Below, piece after piece: positions 32,501-44,020 of a stretch of 64,000 nt of DNA (its first letter is position 1; each line of letters opens with the position of its first letter). The position numbers and the translations under genes were made by a program. The stretch lies in assembly GCA_963924565.1 (NCBI GenBank), contig OZ004610.1, positions 7,254,001 through 7,318,000 of the forward strand. The letters are read 5' to 3'. The notes beneath the pieces are model-generated. The model was given only the letters and a program-made list of their open reading frames with translations, was not told the DNA's origin and made no database searches. The DNA is from Ascidiella aspersa (Eukaryota).

Positions 32501-35500
32501 TGGTATAAAATTTACTAAAATCATTTCTAGATTCTTCTGGCGTGACATCTTCATTTTTTTGTTTTAAATAAAATGAATTTACTTTAAGCCGAGATTTTGA
32601 GGTAAATTCGAGCTAAAATGTTTAATGATTTGAGGATCAGACTTTGGGTTAAACAACTATATATGTTTCGTCTAACATGGTATCTTTAGTTCTTGAAATT
32701 ACTATAAAAATACATGAAAAAAGAAAAGATAAAGGCCAAATGGCTCACATGCAAGCGCCACCCGCGATCTATAGCAAGTACCACCAGCTCGAGTTCCGCG
32801 TATGCCTATAGGGAGATTTAATTTTAGGCAAAAACGTCCAGTCCGATCGTTACCTTAGCAGTCCACTGTATTCCCTTCCAAATACAAAAGTAGACGATCA
32901 GCCAGCAGACAATTAAGCAGATTAGCAAGTCGGGCTTAATTGTGCCAATATCATGAAGACCCTCGGACAGCCCCAGAACACTTCGCCTTATGGAAAACAA
33001 AACATCACGTTGTCTCTAACTGTGTATCGTTGTGCTCCTGTTGGAAGTCATTTCAACAAACTGCTATTATTGCCCAGCGAGTTACTGTTAAGTTTAAAAT
33101 TTTGAGGTTTAAATGTAAAACTGGGATAGGGCTTTTATTGATCGATAAACTCTTTAAATAACGTACTGGTACTAAAAGTTTAGCATCATCCTGAAGGGTC
33201 AATTAATAACATGTTTGCCTCGTAATATCCTGGTTTATCTGCTAAGGAAATTTGATATTGACCACAATCTTAAAAACAAATCGCGGGTTAAACAATAAAT
33301 CCTTTCGCGGATAAGGCTAAATTTAATGAAATAATATTATTTGCTGGTTAGATTTGGTGGATACACGAAAGCAGCTAAATTTCCAATTTTGGGCGAAGAC
33401 TTGGACATAATAAGCTGGAGCCCGAAAGATGTGTTGTTAGGTTAGATATGACAACCAGCATGTAATGGTTTCTGACCCCAAAACATCGGCGAGCACACTT
33501 AGTTTCAACCATTTGACTCAATGACTTAAGTCAAGTGAAGTCATTTGTTAAACGACTTAAGTCAAGTAAAGTCATTAAACCAAAACGACTTAAGGCAAGG
33601 TAAGTCATTTGAAAATAAGGACTTAAGTGCACTAAAGTCATTACAACACTGCTACCCATAGTTATTTGCATTACTACTTACTCCTAATGACTGAGTACTA
33701 CTTACAATGCTACCCATTATGGGTCCTATTTTGTGTCACTATTTCGTTTTTACTCACTCCCAATATTCGACGACCGACGACACTTTGACTTCGGCCGAAG
33801 CGGCGTTTGCAGAGACCGATACGTTTCTGTCCGCAGCCGTTGTTGCTTCGTAGCCAGGAGTCGCTGAGTAACCGCTCACGTTCGATGACTTATAGTAGGC
33901 GGATACGTTCGCCGACGAGTTGACGTTTTCGCCGAAAACGAAACAGTTTGGGGTGTTCCAGTCATTTCCGCAGCTGTTCCAGGGCAAGACCCGTTGAAAA
34001 CAAACGGCCAGATAGCGTACGCCCCAGCAAAGCACCGTCATGTAGTAGGTGTGAATGTTGAAGCAGATCACCAGACAGGCGAAGCCTATGCCTGCAAATC
34101 ATTTATTTTGTATGTTTTAAAAAAAAAATTCAATTCCGCTTACCACAGGATGTCAAACGTACGTTATCTCACAAAACAGCTCTTCTGGCTGTTGTATTGT
34201 TACTGGACAACGTTTTGACGTATACCTACTATGTAGGTCGTCTTTATAACACTGTTTACCGGCGGTCGATAAACACAAATCAAATTATGTGGCTATGGGC
34301 TGTTAAAACAAATAAAAGTGTTGACCCCAACGCTTGGTCCTACACAGTGGTATAGTTTTTTAAATATAACCAGCGACGCACTCACGATGGGCCAACAAAA
34401 TATTTAGTTATTTTGTTTTATTCAACGTGAAAATTCCGAAAAAAATTAGAAATGTCGTGATAATACAGATTAGCAAATAATATTGGTTTTGCCCATCTCG
34501 TACAAGCATAGAAAAGCCGCATGCGGATAATTAACCCGTTTTATGCGGTTCCTATACGATTATGTTGCACTTAAATTCTGGACAAGTCATTTATAAACAG
34601 TGACTAAATATCATTCAGGTCATTTGGCTCAAGTCATTACAACACTGCTATTGTGGGGAAAAATTTTTTTTTATTTCTGCACATGAGAGCTGTGGCTCTT
34701 TCCTTTGTTTCTCACTGGTAATAACTATAGCCACCTCTGACCTAGTAGGATTACAGGGGGGTCCGCGAGTGCACTGAAAACTGACAGAATTTTTAGGAGG
34801 GTGCAATAACTTGTGGAAATTAAAATGAAATAGAGCCGTTATAGCCTATGTATTTAATATTTGGTTAAAACTTGTGATTTTTTCTGTTTTTTAATCTTGT
34901 GTGAGGTTTACCAAAACTCAGAGGATGAGATTAAATATTAGTATTTATAATTATGAATCACATTTTATCCTGTTTTAAAGCGAAACAGCAGCAAACCAGA
35001 TGTTGACAAGGGTTCAGCCTTGAGCACACGGTACGGTTAAAAAGGTTTTACAAAAATAATGGATGTCGCAGATAAACTAAACTCGTTCATGTTTAAGTCG
35101 TCTCTTTAGAAATGTGCAGTGGTTTAAAAAAACAAAAGTTATTGGTTAGGTTAAGGGTCCGTAATCTTAAATTTGTTTTAAAAGGGGCTGCGACCAAAAT
35201 AGGTTAGGAACCACTACTCTAATTAAAGGATCCGAATGTGTACTATTGAATCGATATTTGCATATAATTTGTCTTACCGGGGTATAGTAAAAACAAAAAC
35301 AAAAACAAATAGCGAATCGCGAAACGTGAAGCTCGTTTCCTTTTTGAAAACTGAGAGCGTGATGTTCAGTTGTTGCGCCAAGGAGGCAAGCAGCCCGGCG
35401 TCTGCTTGATTAATTATGCAACACAATGATAAAAAGTTTGAGCTAAGTTCGAAATGTACTTTTTGTTATAAATTTGGTTAAAAAAACCTCATTTTCGACA

Positions 35501-37050
35501 GTTTGTGTTTTCAAACAAGTGCTAAAATGTATATCCAAAGAAATTGGCTTGAAGAAAAAAAAACGAATATTTTTAACTTTCGCAAACGATTCGGGACACG
35601 ACTTTGCGTAACAAGAACATAGCGGCAATATATTTAAGCGGGCCGTACCGCTAAAAAAATATATAGACTGTTTCACTGCAATTTATTCCGGATTTTTACG
35701 GCCTTATACGTTCACCACTGGTTACAGCATAAATGAAAAATTTATTATGACACGTCAAGCGTAAGATAATAGGACAACACATGGTTCGTTTTTTTTTTCT
35801 TGCAAAGCTGCCCAAAGATAACTTGCTGGAAACCACGACCGAATATTTTGTTCTGCAATTGCGAAAATCGCGAAAATGTGCTTTAAAATAAAGCCTGATA
35901 CGTGTTGCCCTTTTGCTGTTATTCACATGCTTTCATTCAAACTCTAAACAAGTTTTCGACAACTGGCTGTTACCTTTCATTAGCGGGAACATTGCCCAGG
36001 CCTTGATGACACCGGCGCTTGTGTACTGGCCCAGGGACGCCTCCATAAAAAAGAGCGGGACCGCCACCCCCACCAGAAAGATGACGTAGGGTATGAGAAA
36101 CGCCCCTTGAATTAAAAATGTCATTTTAGATGTGGTATTTAAAAAAAAGTAAGCTACATCCGGATATTTTAATAACAAACAATGTTGACTCGCCTGGTAA
36201 TATAGCCTACGTAAACAATAAACGCTATGATTGTGCTACTCTATTTTTTAAAACTGGCGTTGTACAAATAGTCAACCTAATATTTTTTCTTAAAACAGTT
36301 GCCTAACGTTTGTTTCAACATTTAAAACAGCGAACGGTGCTATTTGGACATTGATGTACACCAGATTAAATAAGGATGATGCTTATCCACAAACGTAACA
36401 ACACAAAAACGAGTTAGTTTGATCAAAATGTTTTAAGTAACCTGAAACTTTGGATTGTTTCATTCAAAATGCCCTACGATGCTAAAACTTGGTAAAAGTC
36501 AATTAAAAATACGCCCATTTATAAGATTGCGTCTATATACAGTACAGAAAACCTTCTTATATTGTTTTATTTACCTGAGCAAAGTTATTCACCCTTTTAT
36601 ATGCAGAAAGTGTTCTAAGGATATACCGTTTGGCTGTAGCAAAGTATTCCTCTATTAAAAGGCGCTTAATCAGGGCCTCTTAACCCTTTAAGCCAGGGGT
36701 AAAAGCATAATAATTTTCGTTCCAGAACATGAAATATTTTCTTGCGAAACGAATTAAATATTTTATAGATGACGTCACAAATTTACGTCATAACGCCATG
36801 TCTAAACCTACTAACCTCGGAAATGCGGGGGTTATTGTGTTTCCTGGCTTACTTCTACCATTGCGTTTAGCGTTAAAACAATTTACTTACCGCCGCCGTT
36901 CTTGTAGCAGAGGTAGGGAAAGCGCCAGACGTTTCCGAGTCCGATGGAGCCTCCGGCCACCCCGAAGATAAAGTCGAACTTGTTCTTCCACTTTTCACGA
37001 GGTTTTTCCGTCTGGGCTTTACCCAGTTCCAGCTGCTTTTCGTCACTCAT
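23508..37050 (-). CDS. SLC6: SLC6 Na+/Cl- dependent transporter, GABA/taurine/betaine/creatine clade, about 647 aa, 12 coding exons
   Basis: Minus-strand exons 37050-36891, 36105-35974, 34091-33758, 32986-32854, 31786-31652, 30470-30367, 29645-29552, 28403-28260, 27540-27403, 26534-26331, 23949-23779, 23702-23508 (1944 nt). Signature [10 protein letters not shown]...[24 protein letters not shown], plus LPWNSC...[45 protein letters not shown]. The exact last exon and C-terminus are less certain. A tandem in-frame donor exists at 26325. An acceptor at 37118 implies an upstream non-coding exon (candidate donor AAG|GTAAGT at 42127) or trans-splicing. Confidence 0.92.
27917..28202. mobile_element. 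hAT-type MITE (CAGTGGTTCTCAACC ends)
   Basis: TIR CAGTGGTTCTCAACC / GGTTGAGAACCACCG; TSD AACTAAAC/AACTAGAC (7/8). Confidence 0.85.
29349..29476. mobile_element. 128-bp hairpin MITE with TA flanks (Tc1/mariner-type)
   Basis: GGATGCCTATGCAAAGGCTTACC ... GGTAAGCCTTTGCATAGGCATCC is a perfect 23-bp inverted core that extends imperfectly. TA on both sides. A related degenerate copy lies at about 31945-32173. Confidence 0.8.
31041..31237. repeat. 137-bp insertion similar to 28992-29121, flanked by a 30-bp direct repeat
   Basis: TCTAGTAGAGTTGACCGCTAAATAAC(T/A)AGG at 31041-31070 and 31208-31237. The insert begins TATCTCGAACTTAGTTGCACATTCGATCAACAAAT, identical to 28992 onward. Confidence 0.85.
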
Positions 37051-37149
37051 CGTTATTGCCTAAATTCGAATCCACAGCAATTCTGCCCTAAGTGTATGTG
37101 TGATGTCACTGGCGCCGCTGTGAAAAAATAGACATATATTAAATGTATT

Positions 37150-37552
37150 TTTTGTGTTACGTTTTAAAATGACTTACGTCCCCAATCAAGTCATCTGTAA
37201 AATAACTCCAAGAAGTCAAGTCATTTAAGTCATAAATAGATTAGGGCAATTCCAAGTCAAGTCCTCGTCGGTAAACTTTTAACATCGGTAAACTTGCACG
37301 ATTTTTGTAACAAATACTCAACATACAGCAAACAAATTGTTTTACGTGAAAAACTAGGATAAAAACGCAGATTTACAAAAACTCCCAATGAACGCACTTC
37401 ATTTCAAATAAAGTCTTTGTTCAAAAGACTTAAGTCGAGTCCAGTTATTGTGCGCAAAATACTTAAAACAGGTTCTTTGAAAGCAATGACTGAAGTGCAC
37501 TTAAGTCAAGTCAAATTGGCTAACTCATTTTGCAATTGACTAAGTCATTACT
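37150..37552. repeat. AAGTCA/TGACTT-rich dispersed repeat family
   Basis: Clusters of AAGTCAAGTCATT/GACTTAAGTC units here and at about 111-330, 2880-2975, 27210-27395, 33510-33652, 34580-34648 and 47962-48150. Several begin or end with CAGTGTTG/CAACACTG. Confidence 0.7.
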
Positions 37553-38039
37553 GAATTTTATTTTTTGGGTTACATTATACTAGACTACACATGTTACCAA
37601 CTTTTTGACCTCGTTTCTGAACTATTTTTCAAAAATGCTTGCTATTTCTGCTAAAAAAGTTACTATCTGATTCGAAGCAATTTTATTGCCCAAGGCCAAT
37701 AAGCTACTACTGATAGTTGCACGTTCTGTAAGGTAAAGTTATTGTGCAGATTGCATTTTGAAGGCGAACAACTACCTTAACACCAGAATAGCCAGAAAAA
37801 ATAGTTACCTCCAAAAGTCGGCGGTATCGAAGTCGACACAATCTTCAAAGATGTACTTTTTCAATGAATTTATCAAAAAAAACTCAAAAAGAAATACTTT
37901 TGGAAGGACAACAAAAGTAGCAAGACTACAGCAATCCGACTTAATTTAATTTTTTAGATTATCAGCGACAAGAAGCGAAAACAAAATATTTTTATGGTAG
38001 GTCATATTGTATTAGAAAAATGCTCACTACTGCTGAAAA

Positions 38040-39220
38040 CGCTCAAATACCTTCTACGCACACAATGATATGTCTTAAAAGTTTATATCAGGGCCTTTGT
38101 TGATCATTTTACGTCGTGCAGTTTCTCTGAACTACCTGTTTCCGCTTCACCACGTAATCATCTCACAACGCCTCGCTAAGCTTGAGTATGAAGTTTCGTC
38201 AGCTGATATTGCTACCGGAACATTTTTTTCGTACAGAATGCACGAGTTTATTGCTGTTACAGCCAAAGGCCATCGTTCACGTGATGCATGGGTTGTATTT
38301 ATGTTCTCGCCCTTTGGTCGTAAACGTCCCCGCCGACCTTGTTTTGCTAGTCGAATTGTATAACAGCAGTTTTTTATTTTTGTTGCATCTGCGCTTTGGC
38401 TGTTGTGCATTGTCGATAAAAGGTTAACATTTTTCTTGTGTTTCCACCGGTAATTCACAAGCATACAGTTAATCGTTAAATTGTTGAAGAACTTGCTAGA
38501 AAACATTTCTTCCTCCCCTTTGTTTTTTTCTTTTAGAAGTTCTTTACTGTTAGAACGAAACGTTACAATATTTGGCTGGCTTGGCGAAGCAAGATTCACA
38601 CTCCTATAAATAGTTATCTTTTGTGATGCTGTAACCGCTATTTTTGTCCAAATTGCTGGTAAGCCTCATCCCAGAATCTTGGGCAAGTGGTGACATAGTT
38701 TACCATTGGAGGGCCGTACTTTTCACTCCATAAAAAGTCAACACACTTTGTCATAAATCCCTAAGGCAATGAAATCGAAGTTTGGCTCAATTTTGGTAGC
38801 TTCTCTCAATGTATGTATTTTTACGGATATCAGAATAGAGTTATCAACAAGCAATTTTCAGCAAATCATAAAGGCTACGACAAGCTCTGTGGCGAACACT
38901 TGGATTGACACTTGATCTTATCCGCACTAAGTTTGAAGACTTGGAATGCACTGCTCTTGCACACACGAAAGGGTTTACGTCCCTCCATGTAGTGCACTGA
39001 AAATGAGCTTCCACATTCGCTGTGTTCTTTGGAAGAACTTCCACAATAATCATCAACATCATACAAATCCTCATCACTTGAAGAGTCACTCTCAAGTGCT
39101 TAACTTATTTTTTCTGACATATCTTTCTTGATCATCAGACTCGCCAATGTCAGAAACTTCTAGTACGATTTTTATGGCCTCGGTCGCTGTGTATCTACAA
39201 AGAAACTTGACCGATGACAT
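38040..39220 (-). pseudogene. Degenerate piggyBac (PGBD-like) transposase relic
   Basis: Fragments across frames. N-terminal MSSVKFLCRYTATEAIKIVLEVSD..ESDD from ATG 39220, ITKDNY (DNY catalytic motif region), KKNVNLLSTMH, YNST, RWPLAV.AINSCILY. Many stops, frameshifts and deletions. Boundaries are approximate and no TTAA/TIRs were recognised. Confidence 0.7.
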
Positions 39221-40890
39221 CTCGTAGACTAGTTTTTCTGCCTGTGGCCTACATTGTGTTGACAATACAGCCTCATTTTGCTAGTACCGTATAAACAAGA
39301 AAAATCTAATACTGGATGTTGTTATTTGTACTCATCGTTTTTACATGGAAAAGTATGAGACTTAGCCTACTTTTAGACTTTTAGACTTTTAGGCTTTTAG
39401 TCTGAGTAACTTACAAACAGTACATTGCACACAACCTATCGTGTGAAGTCCACCTGTTATTCTCAGCATTACCTTTGGGGCTCTAATTCGATGACATCAT
39501 GTTCCGGTACACTTTTTTGCTTGCAGTTGGCATTTAATGATAACGCTTTTAATTTTGATGCGAAATGATATCAACTTCATGATATTAATTACACTTTCAT
39601 TCTAACGCGCAAACTCGACCAACCAAAATAAACAAAACTAGTCATGAGCTTAGTAAGGCCCTGGTATTCATGTATAGAGGTTATATAATAGCATAAATTT
39701 CCTAAAAATAAAGTTAGGAAAATTTTAGCGGCAATCATTCAAAGGGGCTTTACACGGTGGAAAATCTTTCTAGAAAACAACAAAAACAGTAAAACACATT
39801 GAATTAAATCGATTACAGCAGGTTTTGCTGCGCGCGTAATTGAACCATACTAATCTGTACCTGTCTGTTGTTCACTGACTTCTGGTAGATAGTTGGGTAC
39901 GTGGGCCAACTGTTACGGATATACTCAGGGTTTTCGTATTAGGTTTGCTACATCAATTAATAACAGCACAGTTACAGACAAAGTAGTAATGTGTATTACA
40001 CTACGCTACAAAAGCCTAGCGGCATTGAATTTAACGCGTGGTCAAGTTTAAAGATGTTTATCGAAAAAGAAAAAGTCAAAAATATATCCAATCTTGCTAC
40101 GCCGTACCATATTTGACCCCCGTACTTGGCAATGAGATATTCCTGCCTATATTTTAAATTGGGCTAAACCTTCACAACAATTTTATAAGTTACTAATATT
40201 CCAACTATACATATACAATGCATTAAAATTTGCACTGTACAAGATTGACTTAGCCTTTATGTTGCAATCAGAGAAATACCTCATCAATGTAGCGAAATAG
40301 AAAGTACGCGGCATAGCTAATCGGCCCAACGGTTAAGTCCAATCCAATGGAAGTATTTAACAGACATATCTTACATTACAAAACGGTAGCCTATCTGCAT
40401 CTGAACGCTTGCTGCAATCAGACAACGTTTTTTTTATTATGTATTAGTTTTTCAGTTTATTGTAGTTAGCACCTATTGGTTATTCATTTCAATTTGATTC
40501 AAACTTAAGTTGTGCTATTGTCTTGTTTTTGTTTTTTTCACCTATAAAAAGTTCAGTAAAGCAAATCGGGTCGCCGAAGCTTCGCTGTTTTAATTTCGCT
40601 TAGGTTTTGGATCGACGCAAAAAAAACTGAAACGCCGCATTACACAGTTCAACTTCGGCCGTGAATAATCAAATTTTCCGGCTAAATCGCTACAGATAGA
40701 CGGCGCCGTTTGTGCTGTAATCGAAACAGGTGATCACAAGTATAGGCGACTATTAATCAGTTATCTGCATCAGGTTATGTTTCTAGATTTGAAATGGGTG
40801 GTGGCCGCTCAGAAACTTGGAGGTTTCGCCGAAGAAACTTCGCCGACTCGCAACTATTTTGCCAAATCGCGAACTGATCACTCTCTACAG

Positions 40891-41191
40891 CTGTGATTCT
40901 TAACCTTTTATGGCTTACGGCACCCCTCAAAAATAATAAATAAATTTGCGGCACCCCGACTGGAATTTTCTTTGATGTTTTACTGAAATGTAACTATAAA
41001 AATGGAACTGGAAAAGCACAATCAACTCAAAATATGTAGAAAAATGTCATTTGATATAATGGTCTCTAATCGTACACAAATAGTTGTATCAAAAAGCCTA
41101 CCGATTGAACAAAAAACAGTGTCCTAAAAATTCTCAAATACCCATCGGCACCCTTGAGCATTACAACTGGCACACCAGGTCAGAACCACTA
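40891..41191. mobile_element. hAT-type MITE, same family as 6535-6842
   Basis: Colinear similarity to 6535-6842; TSD CTCTACAG/CTCTACGG (7/8). Confidence 0.82.
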
Positions 41192-44020
41192 CTCTACGGT
41201 AGTTACAGGCTACATTTAGAGAAACCGTTTGAGAAACTGGAGAGAACGTTACGGTTTAAAAAAACACTGGTCCACACTATATGTAAAACTGAAATATGGC
41301 ACTCTCACAGTGGTATACTCACCAGCGACAACGGTAAAATGTTAAACGTACTTTCCAAAGAACCGAAAACAACCAGCCCACAAAGAATTTAAAAAAACTT
41401 AGGCATCATATAGCTGACTTTTTTCACTTCTCATGGGGCGTGTCTGTCAAGTAAACTGAATTGTTTGGGATTGCTTTATAAAAAATGCGCTGTGTATCTT
41501 GCCGGGGGGAAATGATATTTTCCGGCTTTTAGTTTTTCGTTCGTGAATTCCAGCTCGACTGTTTACGGTTTCGGTTATCACGATTCAGTAAAATATGTAA
41601 AATATATCCTGAAACCAGTTTTGTTTAGAAACAGAGCGTTTACAACTCCCATATAATTGAGTAATTGTACAGTTTTTCTTGTATTTAGGTACACTGTTCA
41701 CGGATCTGTAATGTAGCTTGATAATAAATCTCAAAGCCAAAAAGGTCGAGTAAATCGACATCATCTTAAAATAGGCAGTTAATGTTATCTGATGATGATA
41801 CAAGAACGTATCGAAACGTCTTTATCAAGATGATGTCGATTTTCTCGACATTTTTGGCTTTGAGATTCTCTTTTCCGTGTAAATTGTTCAGTCTGCGAAC
41901 TGTTGTATGTGGTGGCGTATAATAATTATGGATTGATTTCACAAATATATTTGTTTACACGCGTAATACTGCTTAAATCGTTTGGCGCCAGATTTAACAA
42001 AAACGCAGCCCATGCTTAGTATGTTTTAAATAAATCGTAACCAACTAAAAAGTAAGACGCTACGACGCTTGGCATGGCTGAGCGTTCCTATAATTTAGCG
42101 GGCAAAGTCCAAACCTCAGAACTTACCTTATATTAGTTCCGCGCTTACCAACCCGTTTTACGTCGCGCTTTTAAAGGAGTTTTCTTTATCATCAAAAAGT
42201 ATTTTAACAAAAACAACGAATATAATACATTCCTGATATGAACGGATACAACATCACCAACAATGCCTTTGCTATGCGAAAAAAGTAAGCGGTGCACCTG
42301 ATAAAAAGTCGCTCTTGGACAACCTTGGCTTTTAGCATTTAAAAAAGATCAATTGCCTTTTAACTGAAAGCTGTACCAAACTCGGGAACTTTCGCAAATT
42401 GGTACATGACAACTACATTGGTAATAATGAGTAAAAACCTTATACCAGTGGTTCTTAACTCTATTTAACGCAAACCCATAACACACATTTTAGTTCGCAT
42501 GGACCACGATCTGCATGTATAAGTTCGGCATGAGGAGATGTTTTCGGTCCAACATATGTGAAACTGAATTTGATTCTAATAAATTCAACAAAAAGGCGCC
42601 AAAGTATTTTTCCTTAAATTAGTTTCTTTTAAAAACATCATTTGATATTTTAATTATATACTAAGATTTCTATTCTATCATCATACCCCCTTAAACTAGT
42701 TCAAGTAACGCCCAGACGTCTATGTAACCCAGTTTTAGAACCCCTTCTTTGGTAGGGGCCAAAAAAGGGTCAAAGAAAGAACTTGGCACTATAGAAAATT
42801 ATTACGTCGCACACTAAAACCATCTTGGCGCCTTAAACAACCAAACTCGCCTTTAAAGTGAGGAAACTTTTTTACCACATAACCCGTACATCCATAGTCT
42901 TACAAGTTAGACGCCATAAGCTGCAAAATCGTAACACTGACAACAATTTCTCGCCGAGGGCATTTCAACCGGCAAGGTCAAGACGAATAAACTCGCATCG
43001 GGGTTAAACTTTAACTCACAACTACAGGTTATTAGGCGCTGTCTATGAGCTGCTAAACATGCTTGACGGTCGGGCGGTTGTGAAATACACCAACTACGTT
43101 AGTTGCTGCATATTAGCGGCGCCATAATTGCTGTCGCTGGGACTGTGGGTCTCCCAAACTGACTTACAATCGCGTAGAACTTTGACTGGGCAAGCATAAG
43201 TCATATTGACCGATAACTGCGATTGTTTGATAGCACTTTTCCAGAAGGAACATTGGTCCATTTAAGGAATTTTGTGACTCAAAGACCTTAATCTTTAAGT
43301 CAGACTGTTTTTATTTTAGTTTTGCCTTGCTTGTTAGAAAATCATCTGTTACCTGGCTGATTTTAATTAGTCCCTATACCAATTTCTGCCTTACACTGAA
43401 TGATAGTTCAAACACACGCCTGAATGTATGCATATCCATCAAAGACGGTTAACTTTAAGGAAGTCGTTTAACCTTAAAGTTGCCCAACGGTAATGGAGGT
43501 TGTTTTAAAGTGTAGAACAGAAAGGCAACCAATTTTGTTGTGGCGGCGCTTTGGTCAAACGGCATCGCCTTGTGTTTGCCGGGAGGGAGAATGAAGTTTT
43601 ACCACGGCTTGGTTTTCATAGAGAGGCTATAGGCTACTTGCTTCGTAATTTCCTTTCAAAACACAGTTTCCGTCCCTTATGCGGGGCTGACTGCGAGTTA
43701 AAAGAATAACAGGAAATTTTACGTGCACCAACGAATGTCGCTATTAACGTCAACTGATCAACCAACTGATGAACTGGTGGTGACCAGCAATGGTACGATT
43801 CAGCCGGTTCGCACCGGTTCTGTAGAACCGTCTAACGAAATTTTATGAGATCAGCGAACCGGTTAGCATTTCTGTTTACTGTCAATGGATTTTTGCATCT
43901 TATCTAATCTACCGATTTTTAAGATACAAGTATAGCTCACGTGCTTTTTTTTTTCAAAATGGGCAATAGTAAAGACAAAATTGGGCAATAGTAACGTACA
44001 GTCATACATTGTGTAAATAT

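Noticed and set aside
33510-33652. Regularly spaced GACTTAAGTCAAGT units resembling a CRISPR array
   Set aside because: Eukaryotic context, degenerate units without unique spacers, no cas genes; part of a dispersed repeat family.
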